Made by a program: the position numbers and the translations under genes | The notes under the pieces: model-generated | What the model was told of the DNA's origin: nothing | Seen by the model: the letters and a program-made list of their open reading frames with translations, nothing else | The model's database searches: none | Shown here: piece after piece, positions 41,520 through 50,635 of the stretch | Numbering within the stretch: the first letter of the stretch is position 1 | Layout: every line of letters starts with the position of its first letter | Source of the DNA: Candidatus Zhuqueibacterota bacterium | GTDB lineage: Bacteria; Zhuqueibacterota; Zhuqueibacteria; Residuimicrobiales; Krinioviventaceae | Direction of reading: 5' to 3' | DNA length: 64,000 nucleotides | Assembly (NCBI GenBank): GCA_034505495.1 | Contig: JAPDQV010000010.1 | Span: forward strand, 33,108 to 97,107

Positions 41520-42748
41520 CGCGTTTCTCCAAAGGCATAGAGTTTACCGTCGACTGCACCTATGAGAATCATGCCGCCGCAGACAGCCGGCGAGCCGATC
41601 AGCTCTGCGCCGACTTCGTAGCTCCAAAGCAGCGAGCCGGATTTCAGACTCAACAGGTACAGCCTGCCGTCTTTGGAAGCAGCGACCACTTTGTCGCCGC
41701 AGATGACCGGAGAGCCGTCGATGTCGCCGCGGGCGGTAAACGTCCACACGGCGCGGCCGGTCCGGCGATCAACAGCGTGCAGGCGCCGGTCGCGGCCGCC
41801 GATGACCACCAGTTCCTCGTTCACGGCGGGCGAGGAAAAAAAGGCGCCGGCCTTGCCTTCGGCGTCGTAATACCAGATTTCCTTTTTTTGCGTCAAATCG
41901 AAGGCAATCAGGCTGCCGTTGAATACGCCGATATAAGCAACGTGGTCCAAGACAGCCGGAGAACCGGCGACGAAAGCGCCGACTTTAACGCTTTCCGCAC
42001 GGCTGCCGTCGACTGCATTGAGCAGATGGAGCTGCGAGTCGCAGCCGCCGAAAACGACCAACTCCTCGTCGATCGCGGGAGCGCCGTTGATGTAATTGGC
42101 GGTCTCGTAGCTCCAGATCAAGCGGCCGTCGCGGCTGAAGCAGCGCATTAGGCCGTCGTAGCAGCCGACGACTATCCCCTCTCCTGCCGCGTTTGCCGAC
42201 CCATAGATCTCACCATCGACCTGTCTTTCCCAGAGCACCTCGCCGCTGCGTGCGTTCAACGCATAGAATTTTCCTCCCAAGGTTCCCAGATAGAGGGTGG
42301 AATCGACCAACAGCGCCGGCGCTTCGATATCGTCGCCGAGTCCGACCGCCCATCGCCGTGCGCCGTCCGCCGGATCGACGCAGTAGAGCGTGTCGTTCAG
42401 CGAGCCGACGTAAACGCAGCCGAGTCCCACAATAGGCGATGCCTTGATGTCGTCGCCGGCCGAAAACGTCCACAACAGCTTCAGCTTTGCCGACAATTCG
42501 CCCTCGGCCGTTCCCTGCAGGGCAGGATTGCCGCGAAAAATCGGCCAGGAAAGAGAAGCGTAATCCGTTTGGCTTGAACGTTCCGAATCCTGTCGTGCGC
42601 AAGCAAGGAGCAGGCAAACGACGAAAAGGACCGCGCCGATCTTTATCCGGCTGATAAATAGGCCGGTAACTTGCCGATCACCCAGGCGGCGTTTATGCAG
42701 GAATGCATCGGCGGCAGCGCGCAGATTTAAAGGGTTCGGCTTGTTCAC
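41516..42748 (-). CDS. Membrane-anchored PQQ-like beta-propeller repeat protein, paralog 2 (GTG start)
   Basis: N-terminal TM helix (IGAVLFVVCLLLAC), SWPIFRGNPALQG motif, eight-fold repeats of the ...DG.LY...G..YA.D..TG..LW pattern. GTGA overlap with the upstream gene's stop. Confidence 0.7.
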   Translation of the reverse strand: MNKPNPLNLRAAADAFLHKRRLGDRQVTGLFISRIKIGAVLFVVCLLLACARQDSERSSQTDYASLSWPIFRGNPALQGTAEGELSAKLKLLWTFSAGDDIKASPIVGLGCVYVGSLNDTLYCVDPADGARRWAVGLGDDIEAPALLVDSTLYLGTLGGKFYALNARSGEVLWERQVDGEIYGSANAAGEGIVVGCYDGLMRCFSRDGRLIWSYETANYINGAPAIDEELVVFGGCDSQLHLLNAVDGSRAESVKVGAFVAGSPAVLDHVAYIGVFNGSLIAFDLTQKKEIWYYDAEGKAGAFFSSPAVNEELVVIGGRDRRLHAVDRRTGRAVWTFTARGDIDGSPVICGDKVVAASKDGRLYLLSLKSGSLLWSYEVGAELIGSPAVCGGMILIGAVDGKLYAFGETR

Positions 42749-44346
42749 GGTTCAGCCTCTTCGTGATTTTTAAGCGATATGGCGCCGGTTGGACAGGCTT
42801 CGGCGCATTGCCGAGCTGTCTTTTCCAACCCGCGCTCGAGCGATTCGTGAAACGGCACGGCAAGGCGCACCTGAAAGCCGCGTCCGACAAACGCCAATCC
42901 CAGCCGTTCCTGCGCCGCTTCGGCAATCTGAATGCAGATGCCGCATTTGATGCATTTGCCTGGTTCAAAAACCACCAGATCGTGGCGGTCTTCCACTTCC
43001 ACCCGTAATCGCTGACCCAACCGATAGCGCTTTGGGTCGGCGCCGTACTCGTGGGCATAAAGGCGCAGGCGACAGGAATTCGGCTTGCGGCAGTCGCAGT
43101 GCAGGCAGCGCTGCGCTTCGGCTACGGCTTCCTCCTCCGTAAAGCCGCCGGCCGGATCTTGGGGAGAGATTCGGTCAACCGGCGAAGCAGCTTTAGCCAT
43201 GCGTTCGACCTCTTCGGGCCGCAGGCGTCCGACGATCGAATTGAATCGGCTCGGCCTGCCGCTAATCGGCAGTCCTTTGAGATACTGATCGATCGAGTGA
43301 GCGAGGGTCTTTCCGTGGGCGACGGCGCGTACGGCCATGCGGCTTTCGGCAATCAAATTGCCGCCGGCAAAAACGCCTGCAAGCATAGTCTGCAGCGTCG
43401 TGCGGTCGACCTGAACGCCTTTGTCGCCGACTTGCAGCACGCCGCGGTAAAGCTCTGCGCCGGCGCCGGTTGTCAGAGCGACGGCGTCGTATTGATCGCG
43501 CAGCTGCCCGAGGCTGACGTCTTTGCCCAGCTCGACGCCAAAGTGTGTGCGGATGCCTAGTGCGAGGATGGTTGCGATTTCAGCATCCAGCACCTCGCGC
43601 GGCAGACGCTCGACAGGCACCGCCGAACGGAGGTTGCCGCCGGCTGCCGATTCCTTTTCATAAAGATCCACTGCATGTCCGAAGCGGCGCAAATAATAAG
43701 CGGCGGCGAGTCCGGCCGGACCGGCGCCCACGACGGCGACCCGCTTGCCGGTATCCGGCAGACACTCGGGCTGAAACGGCGTATCTGCGGCCAAATCGAG
43801 GTCGGCAACGATCTGTTTGAGCAGGCAGATCGAGACGGCGCCGTCTTTGAGTCGGCGCGTGCAGGCGTTTTCGCAGGGCGCCGGACAGATGCGGCCCAGC
43901 ACGGCCGGTAAGGCAATCTCCGCCTTGACCGTCGCGATTGCCGCCCGCCAATCGCGGTTCTGAATCTGACGAGTCATTAGCGGGATGTTCATTTGCGCCG
44001 GACAGGAGCGCTGACACGGAGCAGTGCAGTCGCCGACGTGTTCGCTGAGCAGCAGCTCGAGCGCCGAGCGCCGAAAGTCCCGCACCCGCTCGTTTTCAGT
44101 TTCAATGACCATGCCGTTCTCGGCCGGCGCCGAGCAGGACGGCATGAGTCTTCCCGAGGTTTTTTCTTCAACCATGCAGACCATGCAGGAGGTGTTGGGC
44201 GGAAAGCCTTCCAAGCGGCAGAGCGCGGGAATGAAAAAGCCCGCCGCCTCTGCGGCTGAAAAGAGGGTCGTGCCGCGCGGTACGTTCACCTCTCGGCCGT
44301 TGATGGTCAATCGCACGGCGGCTCCCTCCTCGACCTTGCGCTTCAT
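42745..44346 (-). CDS. Fe-S flavoprotein: N-terminal 2Fe-2S ferredoxin fused to a GltD/NfnB-like NAD(P)H:FAD oxidoreductase core with C-terminal 2x[4Fe-4S] ferredoxin
   Basis: LTINGREVNVPRGTTL...CRLEG..C..C (plant-type/NuoG-like 2Fe-2S). CTAPCQRSCP and CPAPCENAC (GltD N-terminal 4Fe-4S). VAVVGAGPAGLAAAYYL (FAD/NAD Rossmann). C-terminal CLHCDC...C and CIKCGICIQ...CAEACP clusters. Start at the ATG at 44344-44346, directly after the upstream stop. Confidence 0.8.
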   Translation of the reverse strand: MKRKVEEGAAVRLTINGREVNVPRGTTLFSAAEAAGFFIPALCRLEGFPPNTSCMVCMVEEKTSGRLMPSCSAPAENGMVIETENERVRDFRRSALELLLSEHVGDCTAPCQRSCPAQMNIPLMTRQIQNRDWRAAIATVKAEIALPAVLGRICPAPCENACTRRLKDGAVSICLLKQIVADLDLAADTPFQPECLPDTGKRVAVVGAGPAGLAAAYYLRRFGHAVDLYEKESAAGGNLRSAVPVERLPREVLDAEIATILALGIRTHFGVELGKDVSLGQLRDQYDAVALTTGAGAELYRGVLQVGDKGVQVDRTTLQTMLAGVFAGGNLIAESRMAVRAVAHGKTLAHSIDQYLKGLPISGRPSRFNSIVGRLRPEEVERMAKAASPVDRISPQDPAGGFTEEEAVAEAQRCLHCDCRKPNSCRLRLYAHEYGADPKRYRLGQRLRVEVEDRHDLVVFEPGKCIKCGICIQIAEAAQERLGLAFVGRGFQVRLAVPFHESLERGLEKTARQCAEACPTGAISLKNHEEAEP

Positions 44347-46736
44347 GCCGACCCTCCTTGTCTGGAAACAACCTTGACCGCCTCGATCGGGCAGACCTGC
44401 CTGCAGGCATCGCACTGGGTGCATTTATCCTGCAGAATTTCGTGCCGCTGATAAGGCGTAATCGGGATCGCCTGCACCGGACACTTTTGCGCGCAAAGCG
44501 TGCAGCCGATACAGGCGTCGGTGATTTCATAACGGATCAGCGGCCGACATTTGCCGGCGGGACAAACGCCGTGCAGATGAGCTTCATATTCATCATAAAA
44601 ATAGCGCAGCGTCGTTAATACCGGATTGGGTGCGGTTCTCCCCAAGCCGCACAGGCTGCCTTCGCGGGTTTTTTCGGCGAGCTCGCGCAGTTTTTCCAAA
44701 TCTTCTTTCTGCCCCCTGCCCTCGCACAGTTTTTCGAGAATCTCGAGCATATGCTGCGTGCCGATGCGGCAAAAAGTGCACTTGCCGCACGAATGGTCGC
44801 GGGTAAAGGTGAGAAAATAGCGGGCGATGTCGACCATACAATCGCCGTCATCCATGACCAGCAGGCCGCCCGAGCCCATCATGGCGCCGACGCGGGTGAG
44901 CGCTTCGTAATCGACCGGCGTTTCGGCAAGCTCCGCCGGCACGCAGCCGCCGGAGGGTCCGCCGACCTGCACCGCCTTGAAGCGCCTGCCGCCCGCTACG
45001 CCGCCGCCGATCTCTTCGACGATTTGACGCAGCGTCATTCCCATCGGCACTTCGATCAGACCGCCGCGCTTGACTTTACCGGCCAAGGCGAAAACTTTGG
45101 TTCCCTTGCTCTTTTCGGTCCCCAGCGCGGCAAATTTTTCCGCGCCGTGACGCAGAATCCACGGCACGGTTGCAAAGGTCTCGCAATTGTTGACCAGCGT
45201 CGGTTGACCCCACAACCCTTTCTGCGCCGGATAAGGCGGCCGATAGCGCGGCATGCCGCGGCGGCCTTCCAAAGAAGCAATCAGCGCCGTCTCTTCGCCG
45301 CAGACGAAGGCGCCTGCACCCTCTTTCACGCGCAAGCGCAGAGAAAAACCGCTTCCGAAAATATCATCGCCTAAAATCCCTTCTTCTTCGCAGCGACGCA
45401 GAGCGGCGTTGACTCGTTCCACGGCCAGCGGGTATTCGGCGCGGATGTAGAATATTCCCTCATGCGCACCGACGGCAAAGGCGGCGATGACCATGCCTTC
45501 GATGACGCGATAGGGATAGGATTCAAGAATCATGCGGTCCATAAAGGCGCCGGGATCGCCTTCGTCGCCGTTGCAGATGACGAATTTTTTATCGCTTTGC
45601 TGAGCCGCCACGAGGCGCCATTTCTCGCCGGTGGGGAATCCTGCGCCGCCGCGGCCGCGCAGACCGGAGGCCGCCACTTCGGCGATGATCTCTTGCGGCT
45701 GTTTATGCAGGAGGCATTCTCGCGCGGCAGCAAAACCGCCAGTGGTACAATAGTCCTCCAAATCCAACGGATCGAGCGAACCGGCGCGGTCGGTGACAAT
45801 GTGAACCTGGCGGTCGAGAAAGGCGGTAACCTGCGGATCGCGCACGTGCAGCGGATGGCGGGTAAAGCCGCCGTCGGATGACGGAGCAAACCATTCCTCG
45901 ATCCATTGCAGCGCGCGGCCTTTCAAGCGGGCGAACGGCGAAGCGGGCGGGAAATGCCGTAAAACGATTCCCTCGACTTGTTCGGGCGTGACGCGGTCAT
46001 AGACCACCGGTGTCTGATTCGGCTTGACAACCTCGACCAGCGGCACGCGATGGCACATGCCGACGCAGCCGACGCGTTTGATGCGCGCCGGGGCTTCCAA
46101 AGACTGAACGACCTGCAGCAGCTGTTCATGGACCTGCGCGCTGCCGCTCGATTGACAACAGGAACCCAAGCCGACGCGGATTTCGCCCGCCGCCTGAGCG
46201 GTAAAAGTCTGATCTGAACTCTGCTTGCCCGATGTTTTTCTTCGCGTCAAAAAATCGTGCAGCATGTTGCCGACCGACGCAGGCTCGACATGGCCGTAAG
46301 TAACGCGGTCGATCTGCACCACCGGCGCCAGGGTGCAGCAGCCCAGGCAAGCGACTTTTTCGACCGTAAAGAGACGGTCGCCGTCCGTGTCTTCTCCCTC
46401 TTTGAGGCGCAGCTCGCGCCTCACAGCGTCGTGAACCAAATCGGCGCCCTTGACGTGGCAGGCGGTGCCGTGACAAATATGAATGATATGCTGACCGGCC
46501 ACCGCATGCCTGAACTGGGTGTAGAACGTGGATACGCCGGCGACGGCGGCCGGGGTAATGCGCGTCAGCTCGCAGAGTCGCCTTAAAAGCGGCTCCGGCA
46601 GATAGTGAAAAGTGGTCTGGATGTCCTGCAGAATGGGGATCACGGCGTCCGGGCCGTCGCCGTGTGCGGCGATCAGCCGCTGAACGTGCTCATCCCATTC
46701 TGTGGTGGACTGCACTATGTCATTCACGATCGTCAT
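44343..46736 (-). CDS. NuoE-NuoF fusion (24-kDa 2Fe-2S thioredoxin-like + 51-kDa FMN/NAD(H)-binding subunit) with C-terminal 2x[4Fe-4S] ferredoxin; HydB/HoxF/StnC-like
   Basis: NuoE block CHGTACHVKGA...CLGCCTLAPV. NuoF blocks GRGGAGFPTGEKW, CGEETALIASLEG, SCGKCTFCRIG. Terminal CIGCTLCAQKCP...CTQCDACRQVCP. 797 aa. Confidence 0.85.
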   Translation of the reverse strand: MTIVNDIVQSTTEWDEHVQRLIAAHGDGPDAVIPILQDIQTTFHYLPEPLLRRLCELTRITPAAVAGVSTFYTQFRHAVAGQHIIHICHGTACHVKGADLVHDAVRRELRLKEGEDTDGDRLFTVEKVACLGCCTLAPVVQIDRVTYGHVEPASVGNMLHDFLTRRKTSGKQSSDQTFTAQAAGEIRVGLGSCCQSSGSAQVHEQLLQVVQSLEAPARIKRVGCVGMCHRVPLVEVVKPNQTPVVYDRVTPEQVEGIVLRHFPPASPFARLKGRALQWIEEWFAPSSDGGFTRHPLHVRDPQVTAFLDRQVHIVTDRAGSLDPLDLEDYCTTGGFAAARECLLHKQPQEIIAEVAASGLRGRGGAGFPTGEKWRLVAAQQSDKKFVICNGDEGDPGAFMDRMILESYPYRVIEGMVIAAFAVGAHEGIFYIRAEYPLAVERVNAALRRCEEEGILGDDIFGSGFSLRLRVKEGAGAFVCGEETALIASLEGRRGMPRYRPPYPAQKGLWGQPTLVNNCETFATVPWILRHGAEKFAALGTEKSKGTKVFALAGKVKRGGLIEVPMGMTLRQIVEEIGGGVAGGRRFKAVQVGGPSGGCVPAELAETPVDYEALTRVGAMMGSGGLLVMDDGDCMVDIARYFLTFTRDHSCGKCTFCRIGTQHMLEILEKLCEGRGQKEDLEKLRELAEKTREGSLCGLGRTAPNPVLTTLRYFYDEYEAHLHGVCPAGKCRPLIRYEITDACIGCTLCAQKCPVQAIPITPYQRHEILQDKCTQCDACRQVCPIEAVKVVSRQGGSA

Positions 46737-48437
46737 TTATCGGCCGATGCAGTAGAGATTTTCCGTTCCGCGAATATAGATGCGATTTTTGACGAATGCG
46801 GGGATTGTCAGCACCTCTTCGCCCAGCGGATTATCGGCTTCGAGCGTAAAGGTTTCGGACATACGAAAGATATGGGTGATGCCCTTTAGGTCTGTCAAGT
46901 AGACGCGGTCTCCGACCAGGATCGGCGAGGAATAAAAGCCGCGGTCGAAATCGTGCGACCATACCTTTTCGCCGGTATCGGCGCGCAGGCAGGTAACCGT
47001 TCCATAGCTTGCGGCCATGATGACGAAACGCTCGTCGGCGACCGGGCTGGAGACCTCGGAGAGGTCGTCGCCGTATTCCCAAATCTGTCGTGCACCGTCC
47101 GCACCGATTTCTATTGCCGCCAGTCGGGCATATTCATTGACGACGAACACGCGGCCTGCCGCAAAAGCCGGCGACGGCGCCACTTCACCGTCCATGCATT
47201 TGACCCGCCAAAGCTCCTTGCCGGTCGCCGGATCGTAAGAAATAACGAACGGGTTGGAAGAAAGTACGACTTCATCGCGATCCGCGCCGAGAATAAGAAG
47301 CGGCGAGGTCCAGGAAATCTGTACATCGTCGCGCTTGGTCTGGTAAACCAATTTGCCGTCGGTCAGGCGAAAGGCGCGCAGACTGCGCGAGCCGCGATGG
47401 TCGTACTGAACGAGCAAAAGGTCGCGATAGATGATCAGCGAAGAAGCATGGCCATAGTGATTGTCCGGTAATCCCAAATTTTTCGCCCAGATTCTCTTGC
47501 CGGAAAAATCATAACAGGCCAGATCGCCGGTGGCGAAAATCGCGCAGACGACCCGGCCGTCGGTTGCCACGGTCGGCGCGGCATAGCCGGTATCGTCCGA
47601 GACTTTGGGCAGTTCTTTGGGATGCCCGGGCACGTCGTTGATCTCGGCGCGCCATAATAGGTCGCCGGTCGCGGCATTCCAGCAATAGAGTTCCTGCGAC
47701 GATTCATCGGCGCCGGTAAAAAAGATTCTGTCTTCCCAAACCACCGGCGAGCAGTTGCCGAATTTCGGCACCGCGGTTTTCCACAAAATTCCTTCTCCTG
47801 AGGCGCCGTTCCACTTGACGGGAACAGAATCAGGGTCGACATAAGCGCGGCCGGCGCCTTCGGGTCCGCGAAAACCAGGCCAGTTGCGTCGCAGTTCTTC
47901 GAGAGAGACGGCCGGAGCTGCAGAAGAAACGGATGCAGGCTTTTTCGGTGCAAACTCTTGTTCAGCGAGAATGCCTGCCGTCAGCGCACCGACAAATAGA
48001 ACCAGCGCGCTCCAAGCCAAAGCGCGGCTTCCGGCCAGTCGAGTTTGCCATGAAATCTGCTGCGGTTGTCCTGCCAGGTCGGGAAGCGCCGGCACGCGCG
48101 ACCGAAGGTATTTCAAGGAAAGCAGGAAAACGATCATGCCGACAAAAAGCATGCGTCCGCCGAGACGGAGCTGTTCGCGTCGGGTAAAGAACGCTTTGCG
48201 TGCCAAAAGATCGAGCGCGCGAATCTGCTCCTTGAGCGCTTCATTATCGGGATCATCCTGCAGCTGCGCCATGAGCTGCTGCAGCGCCGGGCTGCGCAGA
48301 GGTGTGTTCCAACGCAACTGCAGATAATTGGCCGTCAGCAGGAGCGCCAGCACGGCGATAAAGATGCCGCTGATGATCAGCAGGCGCTCTGCCAAGGGTT
48401 TGAGAAAAGCTTCGTTCTGCAGATCTTTCCAGTTCAT
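46737..48437 (-). CDS. Membrane-anchored PQQ-like beta-propeller repeat protein with N-terminal two-TM/coiled region, paralog 3
   Basis: Two N-terminal TM helices flank a ~90-aa helical region. NWPGFRGPEGAG motif followed by PQQ-like blades (ELYCWNAATGDLLW, YDPATGKELW, RADTGEKVW). Confidence 0.7.
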   Translation of the reverse strand: MNWKDLQNEAFLKPLAERLLIISGIFIAVLALLLTANYLQLRWNTPLRSPALQQLMAQLQDDPDNEALKEQIRALDLLARKAFFTRREQLRLGGRMLFVGMIVFLLSLKYLRSRVPALPDLAGQPQQISWQTRLAGSRALAWSALVLFVGALTAGILAEQEFAPKKPASVSSAAPAVSLEELRRNWPGFRGPEGAGRAYVDPDSVPVKWNGASGEGILWKTAVPKFGNCSPVVWEDRIFFTGADESSQELYCWNAATGDLLWRAEINDVPGHPKELPKVSDDTGYAAPTVATDGRVVCAIFATGDLACYDFSGKRIWAKNLGLPDNHYGHASSLIIYRDLLLVQYDHRGSRSLRAFRLTDGKLVYQTKRDDVQISWTSPLLILGADRDEVVLSSNPFVISYDPATGKELWRVKCMDGEVAPSPAFAAGRVFVVNEYARLAAIEIGADGARQIWEYGDDLSEVSSPVADERFVIMAASYGTVTCLRADTGEKVWSHDFDRGFYSSPILVGDRVYLTDLKGITHIFRMSETFTLEADNPLGEEVLTIPAFVKNRIYIRGTENLYCIGR

Positions 48438-49744
48438 ACGCTTTTGCCTGCATTAGAGTCGTTGCCGAGGGATTCGATCGGGAAAAGGGTGTTGCCGTCT
48501 TTATCGACCGGGCAATAACTGAAACAGCGGCCGCAGCTGAGGCATTCGCCGCGATCGATTTCGTACTCACGACGAAAAGAAGGCGCAACCAAGCCGATCA
48601 GCTTGAGGCTCAACACCAGGCCGAGAAACCCGCCGAGCAGCATGCCGCCGCGTCGGAAGCGGTTCCGGATCATCGCGGCATCGGCAAAAAGCTCATCCGG
48701 TGTTTCTCCGGAAGAGCGAAAAGCGCGCACCGCCGGTGTGGCCGCTCCGCCCTTTTCTTCCGCCAGAACGTCTGCCGCCAGGGCGACGCGGGGATGCAGG
48801 CGCGCCAACGGCGCATCGAATTGGGAAAAGGCAAAGGCGCCGGCCAAGATTAAAAGCGGCGTCAGCAGGAGAAACCGCAGGATGAGGCGGCCGGACGCGG
48901 CTGCGGCCGTCGGCTGCAGGGACGGCTTTTCGATGGCGTCGAACGGACAGGAAGCTTCGCACAGCCGGCAGTTGATGCAGCGGCTTGGGGTGATGCGCAC
49001 ATGTCTTTTCGACAACCTCGACATCCAATTCAAGAGCACGCCGTAAGGGCAGAGAAAACGGCAATAAGGCCGCGCCACCACCGTTCCCAAGAGCAGCAGA
49101 GAAAAGCCGAGCGCGATCATGCGAAAACTGCTGCTGAAGCGGAAAAAGCCGACAAAGGGATCATAACGGCAAATAAGGAAACCGGCACCGACCGCCGCAG
49201 CAAGAACGGCCAAACCGAGATACAGATACGGCAGCAGGCTCAGAACGGCGCGCACCGGCAGCGGCACCGAAATCGGTTTAATAATCACGGCATCCTGTAT
49301 TGCACCCAAGGGGCAGACGGAAGCGCAAAAAGTCCGGCCGAAAAAGAGCGTCGTCAGCAGCGGCAGGGCAAAAAAGAGGATCACCGTTAAAGGGATTGCA
49401 TAGGCTGGTGAAAACAACGCCAGAGTAACGTTCTGCAGCGAACCGACCGGACAGACGCAGCCCTTGCGCCAAAAGCCGAAATAAACCAAAGAAAAGATCA
49501 TCAGCATAAAGAGTGCGCGGCGCGAGCGCAGACGGTGGGCGAAAACGACGGATGCCGTCAGTGCCGCAGCCAGAACGAACACATCCAGGTACTCCAAAGC
49601 CAAAGCCCGCGGCACCGGCGTCTGCAGTTCAGGCCGCTGATAGCCGGATTGGAAATCGGGCTTGGGAAAACGCTGCTGCACTTCCGCCAAAAGGGGCTGC
49701 GCAACGATAAAAAAGATGAGCCAAGGCAAGGCGTGACGTTTCAT
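48434..49744 (-). CDS. NapH/MauN-like integral-membrane polyferredoxin
   Basis: Signal/TM N-terminus. Two membrane CxxxCP motifs (GCVCPVG, CASVCPLG). C-terminal cytoplasmic 2x[4Fe-4S] (CINCRLCEASCP, CLSCGRCFSYCP). Confidence 0.75.
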   Translation of the reverse strand: MKRHALPWLIFFIVAQPLLAEVQQRFPKPDFQSGYQRPELQTPVPRALALEYLDVFVLAAALTASVVFAHRLRSRRALFMLMIFSLVYFGFWRKGCVCPVGSLQNVTLALFSPAYAIPLTVILFFALPLLTTLFFGRTFCASVCPLGAIQDAVIIKPISVPLPVRAVLSLLPYLYLGLAVLAAAVGAGFLICRYDPFVGFFRFSSSFRMIALGFSLLLLGTVVARPYCRFLCPYGVLLNWMSRLSKRHVRITPSRCINCRLCEASCPFDAIEKPSLQPTAAAASGRLILRFLLLTPLLILAGAFAFSQFDAPLARLHPRVALAADVLAEEKGGAATPAVRAFRSSGETPDELFADAAMIRNRFRRGGMLLGGFLGLVLSLKLIGLVAPSFRREYEIDRGECLSCGRCFSYCPVDKDGNTLFPIESLGNDSNAGKSV

Positions 49745-49821
49745 TGGACTTGTCTCAATATCGAGTTGACTTTGCCGTATGCAATCGCTGCAATTTACTC
49801 GGATGATTCATCGCCGCACGG

Positions 49822-50409
49822 TCAGGCTTTCTTTTCGGGAAGCTTTTTAGCGTACCTTAGGCCTTCCTCGCCGCGCAGAATGTACGGCGTGGAAGCGGGC
49901 ACGCGGCGAAACGCCTGTGCGGGACAGGCGCGGGCAATGGCGCACTCGTTGCAGTTGAGGCAGCGGTCGTGACGCACCTGCAGATAGAGCGAGCCGTTGC
50001 CGAACGATCCGCATCCCTTGACGCACTTGCCGCAGCCGATGCACAGCTTTTCATCGATGGTGTATTCGAAATAAGGGTCTTCCACAAAGGTGCGCTTGAT
50101 GGCGCCGGTGGGACACAATTGGCTCTCGGCGCCGGTATCGCGCGAATGCGCGCCCGGCTCCAAATAGCCGCTGCACAAGTCGCAGTAGCCGCACATCGAG
50201 TAGGAATGCACCGCCTTGACGGCCGACTCGGTCAGCACGCAGTTGATCGAGCACTTTTCGCACTGAGTGCACTTTTCCGGATCAATCTGCCACACCAGAT
50301 CATCACGTTGCGAGCGAGAAAGCGCAGCGCCTGCTGCTCCGACTACCGACAACCCGGCGGCAGTCTGCAGCACCGAGCGGATGAATTGACGTCGAGTGTG
50401 TTTTTCCAT
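49822..50409 (-). CDS. Tat-exported NapG/MauM-like ferredoxin with four [4Fe-4S]-type Cys clusters
   Basis: Twin-arginine signal MEKHTRRQFIRSVLQTAAGLSVVGAAGAA. Cys clusters CTQCEKCSINC, CGYCDLCSG, CIGCGKCVKGC, CLNCNECAIARACP. Confidence 0.75.
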   Translation of the reverse strand: MEKHTRRQFIRSVLQTAAGLSVVGAAGAALSRSQRDDLVWQIDPEKCTQCEKCSINCVLTESAVKAVHSYSMCGYCDLCSGYLEPGAHSRDTGAESQLCPTGAIKRTFVEDPYFEYTIDEKLCIGCGKCVKGCGSFGNGSLYLQVRHDRCLNCNECAIARACPAQAFRRVPASTPYILRGEEGLRYAKKLPEKKA

Positions 50410-50412
50410 TCC

Positions 50413-50634
50413 TTACCTCCCTGTCGGCGAAGCGACTGTTTCCTTCACCGCTTCAAGATCAAACCGATATTTGCAAGCCGCATATTGCGCACAGCTTGAG
50501 CACGATTCATGCTGGGAACAAGTCCGGCCATGCCAAAGGATTTTTCCCCGCATCATTCCTGCCGTGCCGACGGCCGCGGCGGCGGCAAGAACGAGCCATC
50601 TGGCGGCATCGAAGAAAAATTCTCGCCTGTTCAT
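50413..50634 (-). CDS. Small (~73 aa) Tat-signal Cys-rich protein
   Basis: ATG at 50632-50634, immediately after the stop of the upstream NHL gene (TAAGATG). MNRREFFFDAARWLVLAAAAAVGTAG Tat-like signal, then CSQHESCSSCAQYAACKY (four Cys plus His). Only visible as an internal segment of the 240-aa track ORF. Confidence 0.4.
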   Translation of the reverse strand: MNRREFFFDAARWLVLAAAAAVGTAGMMRGKILWHGRTCSQHESCSSCAQYAACKYRFDLEAVKETVASPTGR

Positions 50635-50635
50635 C

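Noticed and set aside
42745-46736. NAD-dependent [FeFe]-hydrogenase or formate dehydrogenase operon
   Set aside because: NuoE/NuoF/GltD-like subunits are present, but no HydA H-cluster protein or molybdopterin FdhA/NuoG-C-terminal catalytic subunit is encoded anywhere in the window, and the flanking genes are propellers and NapGH-like proteins instead.
48434-50409. Periplasmic nitrate reductase (nap) locus
   Set aside because: Only NapG- and NapH-like genes are present. No NapA (molybdopterin), NapB or NapC (CxxCH haem motifs) ORFs were found in the 64 kb.
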